A stretch of DNA of 64,000 nt from Selaginella moellendorffii (Eukaryota; Plantae; Lycopodiophyta): positions 1,810,100 through 1,874,099 of the forward strand of contig NW_003314267.1 of the NCBI RefSeq assembly GCF_000143415.4, given 5' to 3'. A program made the position numbers and the translations under genes. Below the pieces are notes generated by a model. That model was not told the DNA's origin. It saw nothing but the letters and a program-made list of their open reading frames with translations, and did no database searches. This document shows, piece by piece, positions 33,076 to 42,489 of this stretch. Within the stretch, counting starts at the first letter, position 1. The number at the start of each line of letters is the position of its first letter.

Positions 33076-36000
33076 ATGTCCAGGATGGAACGTCGTCCAG
33101 CACCCAGCAATAGTGGAGGACGAGCCAAGCCCCAGCCATTCACACTTGGAAGAGGCGCTCGAGGCCGCGGCCTCAGTATCAGACTGCCCCAGGGAGGTAT
33201 GCTGAAGGGAAGAGCCGCCAACAGCAAAACCCCAATCACTGGAAAGAGGACATCGCTGGGCTCTCCAGGGGACAGTGAGAAGCTAGGTTCAAGTGGCACG
33301 GCAGGAAGCAGTGAACACACAATCAGCGATCAAACAGGCTTGAGGCAGAAATCACACCACACGAACAGTGATTACCTTGCAGAGTGCGCAGCCATGGATC
33401 TTCATGAAGAAGTCGTGCAGGGTACCAGGGAGATGATGATCAGGGCCCAGCACACTCATCAGCTTCTCAAAGAAATGGCAAACACACCAAAGGATACGCT
33501 GGAAAAGCTAGTCTCACTGGAACAGGATGGCGATGCACACAGAAGTAGCTTGGAAACCAAGGAGGAGCCACCAGCACCAGACACAGTCCTTGAGTCCGAC
33601 TTAGGACGTCTTGGGAACCAACAGGAAGAAGATGAAGCAATGGACGAGGTGATCCTGCCTGGAAACACAGAAACACAGCATGGTTCCCCAGTACAACAAA
33701 GCTGTGCGCTGAACAGAGAAGTACAGGAAGTAAGTGGATTCCTAGGCTCGGGGGATCTAGCCAGTGGAGATGGACCACGGGAAGAGGTGGCCACAAGCAG
33801 AGCGCTGGACTTGAACTTCCTCACCCCCATCACTGAGTGCATGGGACGCAGAAAGGCTCTCAACGTGGGGAAGACGGCCTCTGGAAAAAGCAAAGGTAGG
33901 ACATGCCCTAATCCAAGTAAGAACAGGAGCGGCGTCACCACTAGGGCAGCAGCAGCAGCGATGAGGGCAGCCACGGTTATGGAGATACCAATAGGTTGTC
34001 ATGCACAGGAGTCAAGGGCGGATCCAGAAGAAGAGAAGGGTGTGGAGACGCCAAATGAACAAGCGAGAGGGCACAGGGAAACGCCAGAGGTACACCAGAC
34101 CGAGGCAAAGGAGCAGGTCCAGGGGGAAGAGGTGAGCCGCTGCCTCACCAAGGCCACAAGTGAAAGCCAGGGCCAGTCCAAGAGAGGGTCACTCAGCCAG
34201 AAGTTTTCTCATAGGTGCCTCTCGGATCTAACCAACAAAGTGAGAACATCTCTACCGGGCTCTCCGGGGAAGTCGGTAGGATCTCGACTTAAGAGCAGGA
34301 CGTCTCCCAGTCCTCAGCCTGACTGTGAGCCCCAACTATTGGTGCTGCAACAATATATGCCACACCAGACAGAAGAAGGACAGCTGCAATGGGATCCCCA
34401 AACCTTTGCGAAGGCTCTGTGGGAGGCCACTCAGAACGAAGTTCAGCTCGACCAAGATATACTCACTGCTGAAGTATGGCACCAGGAGACTCACCCTGAG
34501 GGAGAAGACCGAACTCTTGGCCCCGCTCTCAGGGAAGCCCTCGATCTCGCGACTGAGGCACTAGTCGCACCAAAAGAACAAGAGTACTCAAACAGCCAGG
34601 AGGCCCAACAAACTAAAATACAAGAGGAAGTGACAAGCACGTGGAAGGAGCAAGAGGAGCAAGAAGTGGAACAACAAAAGGACCAGGACAAGGAGATCCC
34701 GGAAGCTAGCAAAAAGGTGGAGGCTCAAAAGGAGCAATCGATTCTAGGGAAAAGAGGGAAGCCGCTGGCGATACTGCTGGAAGAACAGGAGGAGGAGATG
34801 AAGCGAATGGGACAGGAGAGGGAAAGAGAGGCCAAAAAAAACAAGATGGAGAAAAAGAAGGAACGCAAGGTGGCACGCAGGAAGTTAAAGACCCAAAGTA
34901 GCTCAAAGGAGGCCCTCCCGTGGGCAAAAGAGGTGGAGGAGTTTCTCCAAGAGGAGGAAACGTGTTCGGAGGAGGACCAGGAGCAGCAGAAGGATAGCGC
35001 AGCAAAAGGAAAAGCACAGGGAGCCTCGACAGGACATGGCTGGGACAAGGTGGAAGTCAAGTGTCAGACCGCACCACGCCAAGGCCCAGAGGACCCAAGA
35101 GAGCAAGGTGACTTGGGAATTGAGCGGGAACAAGAAGGCTGCTACACACAAGGAAAGGTGGCAAAGGAAGTCCTGCACACAGAAGCCTCTAAGACAGAGC
35201 CTCACACCGGAGATTCAGGGAAACGAGCTGGAGCAGCGCTAGATGCCAAGGTGACAGCAAAGGCGGTCAAGCTGGGTGAGACACTCAACCAGGTGGTGGC
35301 GGCCAGAGAGGAAGAACTACGCCATAGGGCAGTGATTGCAGTATTCAGGGGGAAGTTTCCCACTGGCCGCATGGCCATGGACTGGTTGAATGCTACGTTG
35401 GAGCAGGGGATCACAATCAAGAACCTGCTCCCACATGGACGTGGATGCTACACAGTGGTGTTTGAGACAGAGGAGGCGCGAGCTCGGGCAGAGGCGCTAC
35501 ATGGACTCATCGACGATAGCTGGGCGGTGTCCTTTCACCCGTGGATTCCAAGGTTCACGGCAGATGACCAGGCACGCCTGAAGGGGGGAAGTGTCCCACT
35601 TAACGTGGCGTTGTGGGACATCCCAATGGAGATGAGGATCAAAGAGGTGATAAGGGAGCTTGTAGAGAGAAGCATTGGGCAGATCGCCTCGGGCCTAGAC
35701 ACCGTGGATGCAGAGGGCATCCTAGGCCCTGTCAGACTGAAGGTCTTTGTCTCGTCCCCAGCAGAACTCCCTATGGAGATAGCAATCCTGGGACAATACG
35801 TTCGTATACTGGTGGAAAACGCAGCACCACGCTGTGGCTTTTGCCTACAGTCCGGGCACAGCGAGAGCGCGTGCACGACCAAACGTCCCAAGCTTGCTCC
35901 AGGACGTCCCTTTGAACTTCCAGAGGCCGTGGAGAAGCAACTGAAGCAGCGTCCTCCAGAGCAGGCTCCACACATCCGGTTCCCAAGCGCACCACCTTTC

Positions 36001-36381
36001 TCTGGACCTGATTCACGGCCCAGAATGTTCGAGAGCCCGATCGCTGAGATAGATGGTGAAGGTTTTCAGCAGGTTCTTCCTCGAACGGTGAACATGGCAG
36101 TCAGATGGATCCCACCCAGGAGAGAACTGACAACCACAGAGGCGGGAGACTGGCTGATGTACCGAGGACACACCGCTTTCCCAGAGGTCATCACGCTTGG
36201 CGATTACCAGACCCGGATGGAACGCGCCATCACAGAGTGGACAGGATTTTCAGAATACGTAGTGCGGGGATTCTCCTGGACCAAGTACAAGGGGAGGCTC
36301 ACTGCAGTATGGACCATCTCCTCGGAATGGAGGGCTAGGCCTAGCAACACGGTTTTCTCCTGGAAATACGTTGCACCATGA
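33076..36381 (+). CDS. LINE ORF1 (long low-complexity/coiled-coil N-terminus, DUF4283-like RRM, CCHC knuckle)
   Basis: First ATG at 33076 (~1101 aa). GCYTVVFETEEARARA...FHPWIPRF...VALWDIP and CGFCLQSGHSESAC. Confidence 0.85.
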   Translation: MSRMERRPAPSNSGGRAKPQPFTLGRGARGRGLSIRLPQGGMLKGRAANSKTPITGKRTSLGSPGDSEKLGSSGTAGSSEHTISDQTGLRQKSHHTNSDYLAECAAMDLHEEVVQGTREMMIRAQHTHQLLKEMANTPKDTLEKLVSLEQDGDAHRSSLETKEEPPAPDTVLESDLGRLGNQQEEDEAMDEVILPGNTETQHGSPVQQSCALNREVQEVSGFLGSGDLASGDGPREEVATSRALDLNFLTPITECMGRRKALNVGKTASGKSKGRTCPNPSKNRSGVTTRAAAAAMRAATVMEIPIGCHAQESRADPEEEKGVETPNEQARGHRETPEVHQTEAKEQVQGEEVSRCLTKATSESQGQSKRGSLSQKFSHRCLSDLTNKVRTSLPGSPGKSVGSRLKSRTSPSPQPDCEPQLLVLQQYMPHQTEEGQLQWDPQTFAKALWEATQNEVQLDQDILTAEVWHQETHPEGEDRTLGPALREALDLATEALVAPKEQEYSNSQEAQQTKIQEEVTSTWKEQEEQEVEQQKDQDKEIPEASKKVEAQKEQSILGKRGKPLAILLEEQEEEMKRMGQEREREAKKNKMEKKKERKVARRKLKTQSSSKEALPWAKEVEEFLQEEETCSEEDQEQQKDSAAKGKAQGASTGHGWDKVEVKCQTAPRQGPEDPREQGDLGIEREQEGCYTQGKVAKEVLHTEASKTEPHTGDSGKRAGAALDAKVTAKAVKLGETLNQVVAAREEELRHRAVIAVFRGKFPTGRMAMDWLNATLEQGITIKNLLPHGRGCYTVVFETEEARARAEALHGLIDDSWAVSFHPWIPRFTADDQARLKGGSVPLNVALWDIPMEMRIKEVIRELVERSIGQIASGLDTVDAEGILGPVRLKVFVSSPAELPMEIAILGQYVRILVENAAPRCGFCLQSGHSESACTTKRPKLAPGRPFELPEAVEKQLKQRPPEQAPHIRFPSAPPFSGPDSRPRMFESPIAEIDGEGFQQVLPRTVNMAVRWIPPRRELTTTEAGDWLMYRGHTAFPEVITLGDYQTRMERAITEWTGFSEYVVRGFSWTKYKGRLTAVWTISSEWRARPSNTVFSWKYVAP

Positions 36382-39300
36382 CTACGCTAACAGTGCTTAC
36401 GTGGAACTGTCGGGGACTCAGCTCCAACGACAGTAGGCTCAACAAGAGAGTGCAGCTAAAGTCCCACATCTGGGAGATTGGCTTAGAGGGGAGGATCGAC
36501 ATACTGTGCATCCAAGAGCACAAGATGGTGAAGGCTCCTGATTTCAACCTGGGCATGCGTGGGAGAATTTGGTGGAATCCGGCCACGCAAGCGAGGACAC
36601 GATGTGGAGGAGGAACAGCGATCATCGTCTCGACCAAGTGGTCAGCACAGGTACGCAACCACAGGGTACTGGTCCCAGGGAAAGCACAGCTACTGGTCAT
36701 ACACCTCCACTTTGGGCGTGTTGGGATTGTCAACGTGTATGCACCGACTCGAAGAAGGGAGCGTGCACAGATGTGGGCAGATATCCAGCAGAGCACTCAA
36801 GGAGTGGCGGACGAATGGCTTGTGGTAGGGGACTTCAACATGGTGGAGGGTTTGAGTGACCGGCGAGGTTCACTGGAAACCATCCAGGGGAGAGAGAGAA
36901 AGAGTTGGACAGCGCTAGTCGAAGCCCTGGGAGTCTTGGACCTTCAGCACGCAGAGGGATTCGCTGCACACTCCCACCCATTCACGAGACGCCAATCGGT
37001 GGGGTGCCAAGCTCGGCTGGACAGGATCTACGCTTCTACCAGGCTGCGACAAGATGGAGGGGGACTCAAAACGTGGCCCGCATTTGCCACCTTTTCAGAC
37101 CACGACCCACTCCGAGGCATTCTCAAGCTACAGGCGGTGAAGGGAACGGGGGTGCAGAGGAAGATCACCAAAGCCACAATGGCCGACCCGGTAGCAGTGA
37201 AGCTCGTCCGGGAAGCACTTGACAGCAGCAAAGGGGAACTCATCTTGGCGCTAGGCACTTGCTCCACTAAGCTCCGGGAAAGGCAGGCAGCACTCAAAGG
37301 GAAAGTTCTGAAAGAGGTGAGATTGGCAAGACAAAAGGTGGCGGCGGCCCAGAGAATGGTCCTACGTACAAGCGACAAGGCCAGATGGACAGCAACACTG
37401 GATGAGAGGGAAGCCGAGCTGCGGGACAAAGAATACGCAGCATGGAGTGCCGGACTCCGTACCATGGAGGATTGCTGGGCAATGAATGAGCGGCTTCTCA
37501 ACAAAGCTTTCTACAAAGGGATCCGTCCAGTCACCGACTCCCCCCCTATCCTGGGACTGAGGAAGGACGAAGGTGAAGTGGTCGAGGACCAACAGGGAAT
37601 GCAGGGGCTGGCACAAGAATTTTACCAGAAGTTGTACACGGCCCAGCCCTGGTCCCAGGATAGGAGAGACGCCGCAAGCAGGGTGCTGTCCACTCTTCCA
37701 TGCAGAGTTCCCGACGAATTCCTGGAGGTGCTGGGGGTCGACTTTTCCTTGGAAGACCTCCACCGAGCCTTGGAGCAACTGAATGATGACAAGATGCCAG
37801 GTATGGACGGCCTCCTTCCAGCATTCTATGAGGAGTATTGGGATGACGTTGGCCCAATGCTCCTGGAGACATGGCGAGATGCACAGCATACAGGGGTGCT
37901 GCCGGGAGAGATACTGGAGGGACAAATCGCATTGATTCCGAAACGAGGTGACCTTCAGGAACTTAGGAACTGGTGCCCCATAACCATGCTCAACACGTCG
38001 TACAAGATATATGCAAAGGCGATGGCACTCAAGTTGCAGTCAGCCATGCCCCGCATCATCAGAGAACAACAGACTGGATTCGTGCCGGGACGACAGATCG
38101 CAGAAAACATATGGACTTACCTTCTGGCACAGCGGTGGGCAAACAGCTCAAACCAACAGATTGTAGCATGGCTACTAGACTTTGAGAAGGCCTACGATCG
38201 GGTCGATTGGGACTTTTTGGAGGAGTGCATGCGGAGGATAGGGATCCCGGCAAGGACGGTCTCACGAATCTCACTTTTGTATAGGGGAGCCTCAAGCCAG
38301 GTCACACTGAATGGAGAGGTAGGCCTGACCTTCCACTTGGGACGATCAGTGAGACAGGGATGTCCACTCGCCCCCTACCTGTTCCTGATAGTGGCAGAGA
38401 CACTGGGCTCTTTCCTTGCGCATGGAGGGGACGTAAAAGGCTTGGTGCTGCCCTCTGAACGGCTACAACTCCCGGGAACTCAAGTGGTGGCGCAAGAACT
38501 GCAGGACGGAGCGTTTGCAGATGACACCGCACTCTTCCTACTTGCCACCCCGGGGAACCTGGACACAGCAAGGTCCAAGCTGGAGATCTTCAACATGGCA
38601 GCAGGGGCAGCCATAAACTGGAACAAGTCAGTAGGCGTGAACTGGGGAAAGCCGGGCATCGAGACTTGGGGGCAGGAGATAGGCTTTCAGTGGCTTCGCC
38701 CTGGGGAAGACACTCGGTACCTCGGCATCCAGGTTGGAGTCCAGTACAGTGCGGCTACACAGGACGACACGCTTCTCAGGAGGATCCGGACTGCAGTTCA
38801 GAAATGGACACCGAGGAAACTCGGACTCCCAGCTCGGATTGTAGTGGTCAAGAGCATGATCCTCCCCAGCATCTGGTACCACCTCTCGATTTGGCCAGTG
38901 CTAGAAACTACACTGCAAAAGGTGAGACAGATGGTGCGAACCTATGTGTGGCGTGGAGCGTTGGCTGCAGGGCGAACCATGGCCAAGGTGGCGTGGCAAT
39001 CTACAGCGAGGCCGCGCATCCTAGGGGGGCTCGGGATCATCGACCCCAGTGACATGGCGAAGGCGATGAGGTACAAGATCTTTCTCATGGGCTTGCAACA
39101 GGGGAAACAGCCATGGCGACTCATGTTCCGGCAAAGCCTCCTAGCGATACGCCCCAAACACAATGCAGCCAAACCGTGGGAGGAGGACCCACGGTGGCTC
39201 TTTGCAGAAGGACCGACGCAGGTAGTGAGAGGGGGAAACTTTGTCCAGAGCCTTCATCGACTGTGGAGAGCCTTTCCGCTGGAGCAAACACCACCGACCA

Positions 39301-40889
39301 GGGCTGAGGAGTGGCTTAACCAGCCTCTGTTCTTCAATGCATTGTTCAAAATGGGAGGTGTGACACTGGGACGAGAGACACACCACACGATCTGGAGGAA
39401 AATGCATGCAAACGGATTCTGGACAATGAAGCAGCTGGCGGGAGTGATTGACAGGGATTGGTGGCGAACAGCGAGAAGGACTCAAGTGTTTGGACCTTGG
39501 AAGCGACGTAACATCCTGCTGGACGTTCTGCGACTCCTCCGAGTGGTGAACAACACGAAAGCAGGGAAGAAGTGGCCGAGAAGGTGCCTTCAAGCAGGCG
39601 ACTTTGTGGCGATCCAGCGGCAAACTGAGTGGGAGGAACATGATGCTGTCCGACATCCACTAGGGACGTGGACTCGAGCATTCACCGCGCCTACACCACC
39701 ATGGGAAGAAGGGGACGTTGAGGTGTGGTTCGTCACTGCACCAGAGCTCAACATAGGACTGCCATTTCGCATCACGAGAGGAGACACACTTCTCCCGATG
39801 GGTGAGAAACAAGAGATGCCGGATGTCACGGATGATGAGGTACGTGGGAGGATTCGTGTGCTTAGGCAATCACCCAAGAGGCTGGACGTGGTGGACTCGG
39901 AAGACCTACTGGAGGGCGATGGATCACTGATATGGTGGCGACAGCAACTACTAGAAGATCTGGACTGGGACCCAGCCGCATGGCGACGAGGGACGAGAAG
40001 CTTTTTCTCCTATGCAGTCAAGGAAGCGCGGAATGGACTACTGCAATCGCGAGAGGAGGCAAGAGAGGAGATTCCGAAGCTGTGGCAGAAATGGATAGCA
40101 CAGGGGATCGATGCGGAGCAAGTGGTGGACAACACGATCCACTTCTGGAAGTTGCCTGTGCAGGAAAAAGTGAAAGTCACCTCGTGGTTGGTAGCGAACA
40201 ACAGGCTTCCGGTTGGACAGAGATTCCAGGACGACGCAAGTCGCAGGTGCAGGGAGTGTGGCGAAATTGAGACAGTCAAGCATGCGCTGTGGGAGTGTGA
40301 CACCGCAAAGGAGGTGTGGCACCAGATTATTAAGGCAGGGAAAGAGCTGGGCGTGACACAGGATTTCGAGGCCCGCAGTGGGGACGTGCTCCACTGGTTC
40401 GAGGAAGCGAGGGGTCCTGCCCAGGGCCCAGCCCTGCGACACATCAGGTGCAGAGGACGACACGGCTGGGGTATTCAAGTCCGCTGGGACACGACTGGGG
40501 CGGAGGTAGGAGTCCCCGTGTGGGAGGCGCTTGGCCATGCTCGATGGGCCATATGGCGTGCGACGGGAGTCCAGGTCCTTTGGGAAGCACGTAACCGGGC
40601 GCGCTTCGACGGGACACAGGTCAGAGTGTCACAGGTGCTGGCGGAGTGGTGGAGACTTACATTGGCGGCAGTACGGCTTCACCATGCTATCCTCCGGGAT
40701 AGGGGGAAGCTTGAGAGGCTCGAGGAGTGGCAGAAAGCATGGATGCCATGTTTTGGTAGAGGAGATCACAAGGAGGTTCGTTGGAGATGGCGCCCCCCGG
40801 AGTCGATCTTGCGGTCAGCACGAAGGGGGGACGTGGATCTGGACGCGATACGACGGAGACGACCGCAGCCGCTTTTACTGCAGGCCTAG
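36378..40889 (+). CDS. LINE ORF2 (APE endonuclease, reverse transcriptase, zf-RVT)
   Basis: TWNCRGL, LCIQE, NVYAP, GDFN, RLDRIY, SDH; PGMDG, LDFEKAYDRV, RQGCPLAP, FADD; CRECGEIETVKHALWEC. 1503 aa, uninterrupted. Confidence 0.96.
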   Translation: MTTLTVLTWNCRGLSSNDSRLNKRVQLKSHIWEIGLEGRIDILCIQEHKMVKAPDFNLGMRGRIWWNPATQARTRCGGGTAIIVSTKWSAQVRNHRVLVPGKAQLLVIHLHFGRVGIVNVYAPTRRRERAQMWADIQQSTQGVADEWLVVGDFNMVEGLSDRRGSLETIQGRERKSWTALVEALGVLDLQHAEGFAAHSHPFTRRQSVGCQARLDRIYASTRLRQDGGGLKTWPAFATFSDHDPLRGILKLQAVKGTGVQRKITKATMADPVAVKLVREALDSSKGELILALGTCSTKLRERQAALKGKVLKEVRLARQKVAAAQRMVLRTSDKARWTATLDEREAELRDKEYAAWSAGLRTMEDCWAMNERLLNKAFYKGIRPVTDSPPILGLRKDEGEVVEDQQGMQGLAQEFYQKLYTAQPWSQDRRDAASRVLSTLPCRVPDEFLEVLGVDFSLEDLHRALEQLNDDKMPGMDGLLPAFYEEYWDDVGPMLLETWRDAQHTGVLPGEILEGQIALIPKRGDLQELRNWCPITMLNTSYKIYAKAMALKLQSAMPRIIREQQTGFVPGRQIAENIWTYLLAQRWANSSNQQIVAWLLDFEKAYDRVDWDFLEECMRRIGIPARTVSRISLLYRGASSQVTLNGEVGLTFHLGRSVRQGCPLAPYLFLIVAETLGSFLAHGGDVKGLVLPSERLQLPGTQVVAQELQDGAFADDTALFLLATPGNLDTARSKLEIFNMAAGAAINWNKSVGVNWGKPGIETWGQEIGFQWLRPGEDTRYLGIQVGVQYSAATQDDTLLRRIRTAVQKWTPRKLGLPARIVVVKSMILPSIWYHLSIWPVLETTLQKVRQMVRTYVWRGALAAGRTMAKVAWQSTARPRILGGLGIIDPSDMAKAMRYKIFLMGLQQGKQPWRLMFRQSLLAIRPKHNAAKPWEEDPRWLFAEGPTQVVRGGNFVQSLHRLWRAFPLEQTPPTRAEEWLNQPLFFNALFKMGGVTLGRETHHTIWRKMHANGFWTMKQLAGVIDRDWWRTARRTQVFGPWKRRNILLDVLRLLRVVNNTKAGKKWPRRCLQAGDFVAIQRQTEWEEHDAVRHPLGTWTRAFTAPTPPWEEGDVEVWFVTAPELNIGLPFRITRGDTLLPMGEKQEMPDVTDDEVRGRIRVLRQSPKRLDVVDSEDLLEGDGSLIWWRQQLLEDLDWDPAAWRRGTRSFFSYAVKEARNGLLQSREEAREEIPKLWQKWIAQGIDAEQVVDNTIHFWKLPVQEKVKVTSWLVANNRLPVGQRFQDDASRRCRECGEIETVKHALWECDTAKEVWHQIIKAGKELGVTQDFEARSGDVLHWFEEARGPAQGPALRHIRCRGRHGWGIQVRWDTTGAEVGVPVWEALGHARWAIWRATGVQVLWEARNRARFDGTQVRVSQVLAEWWRLTLAAVRLHHAILRDRGKLERLEEWQKAWMPCFGRGDHKEVRWRWRPPESILRSARRGDVDLDAIRRRRPQPLLLQA

Positions 40890-42489
40890 TCCCACTTTAG
40901 ATGAGGGAGACCCCACTAGGTAGCATGAGATTCGGGCAGCATGCCCGGTTTTTGTATTAGTCCCTACGGGACATTGGGGAATGTACATACACGTTTCACC
41001 AAACCGTTGTACCAATGCAATGCCGTCCTTTGGAGACACGTGGGAAACTCACGCAAATGTCGAACATCATCCCAAGAATGATATGTGGCAATCACCGTAA
41101 AGTGATCAAACCAATGGTACACATCATCCCCAAGATTCCCGCGAAAGAACTCCGGCCGAACGAGAGGATTGGCACCAAGAGCAGGAGGAGTTGTACCATG
41201 TGCTGTGAATGCCGCCATCAACTGAGTTTGGTTGTTCAATTGCAAGTGCATAGCATCAAGTAATTGTACCAACTTCTGCTCCAGAGTCAAAGGAGGAGAT
41301 TGCTAATCTACCATAGATACGAATGAAAAAGAAAGAGCAAAAGAAGAGAAATGACAAAAAGCTAGAAGGAAATGGTAGATTTAGACAATGCAAAAAGCTA
41401 GATCTAAACCAAAATCCTAAAGGAAAGAACAAAAGAAAGAAAATGGAAAAAGCTAGATCTAAATTGAAATCCCAAATCCAAGCACTCCCCAGGGACAATC
41501 AAAGGTGCCCCTCAACTCCACCAATGTGGGTGCATGGAATATGAAAAGGGAATACAGAAATGTGCATATCAATTAACCCAAAAACCCTAGTTTATATACA
41601 GAAGCGAGTGGTCTGGATTGAAACCAATCTGATGGCTACCAAAATCCCACTATGCTAATATTAATATACGGCATCGTAGCCGTACACTTGGCCCTCACAA
41701 ATTAATTTTTTCATTAAAAATTTCCAAATAAGTAGCAAGATAAAATATAATAGAAGTTCAAATTAAATCTAAATATAATGATCTAAACTTAAACATGATG
41801 ACAATAAATATAAAATATAATCCATTATAAAAAAAGTCATTTATGCATATAGCACAAGCTATGCCATTTTAAATATTTTGAGAAAAACTACTACAGACAA
41901 CTATTATTTAAATGATAATAGTTATTGTTATCCAAAATGCATATGTGATTCTAAAAGCATCATTATTCTATAAAAGTCAAATGGTGAATTTAAGTGATTT
42001 ATAATTTGTAATATTGTATATACTTAGAATATATTTGGATATTTTGGGAGATTCTACCATCTAATCTTGTATTTATAACTTATAAACTCCTAGTATATTC
42101 TAGTTTATTCTAAAAAAACAATTGTGTTTATAAATTATAAACATATAATAATTACTTTTCGGGCTTAAAATTAATTCTATAAGTGATGCTCCAACACCTT
42201 AAAATATTAAAAAGTAAGAGTTGAACTATAAACACTCACAACATTGTTATTATAAAGTTCTTTAGTTATTATAAGTCCAACTACATGGTTATTTAGAGTT
42301 TATTGTGCAATATAATATACAAATGTGTAGAAGTTTTAATTGAATTACCCATTAATAAATTAGATTAATAAATAACACTAAACATGAACATACTGGTAAA
42401 GAATTTAAGTTATTTAAATTATATCTCATTTATTCTACACTAAAAAATATTCTTACCATACATAAAAAAAAAGTGCTCTGGTCAGAGCT

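Larger units (their letters stand above)
32853..40998 (+). mobile_element. Full-length L1-clade LINE inserted into element A gag
   Basis: Flanked by the duplicated target CCAAACCGTTGTACCAA (32836-32852, 40999-41015), which encodes WYNGL of A gag on both sides. Two intact ORFs overlapping at ATGA. Confidence 0.95.
22996..41699 (-). mobile_element. Element A: non-chromoviral Ty3/gypsy LTR retrotransposon, decayed, host of three nested insertions
   Basis: 175-bp TG..CA LTRs at 22996-23170 and 41525-41699. PPT at 23171-23185; tRNA-Ala-type PBS at ~41508-41523. gag split at 41290-41000 and 32850-32280, protease VLVDTGS ~25910, RT FIDD, RNase H and integrase fragments with stops. No matching TSD (GAAAC vs AATTA). 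Confidence 0.88.
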
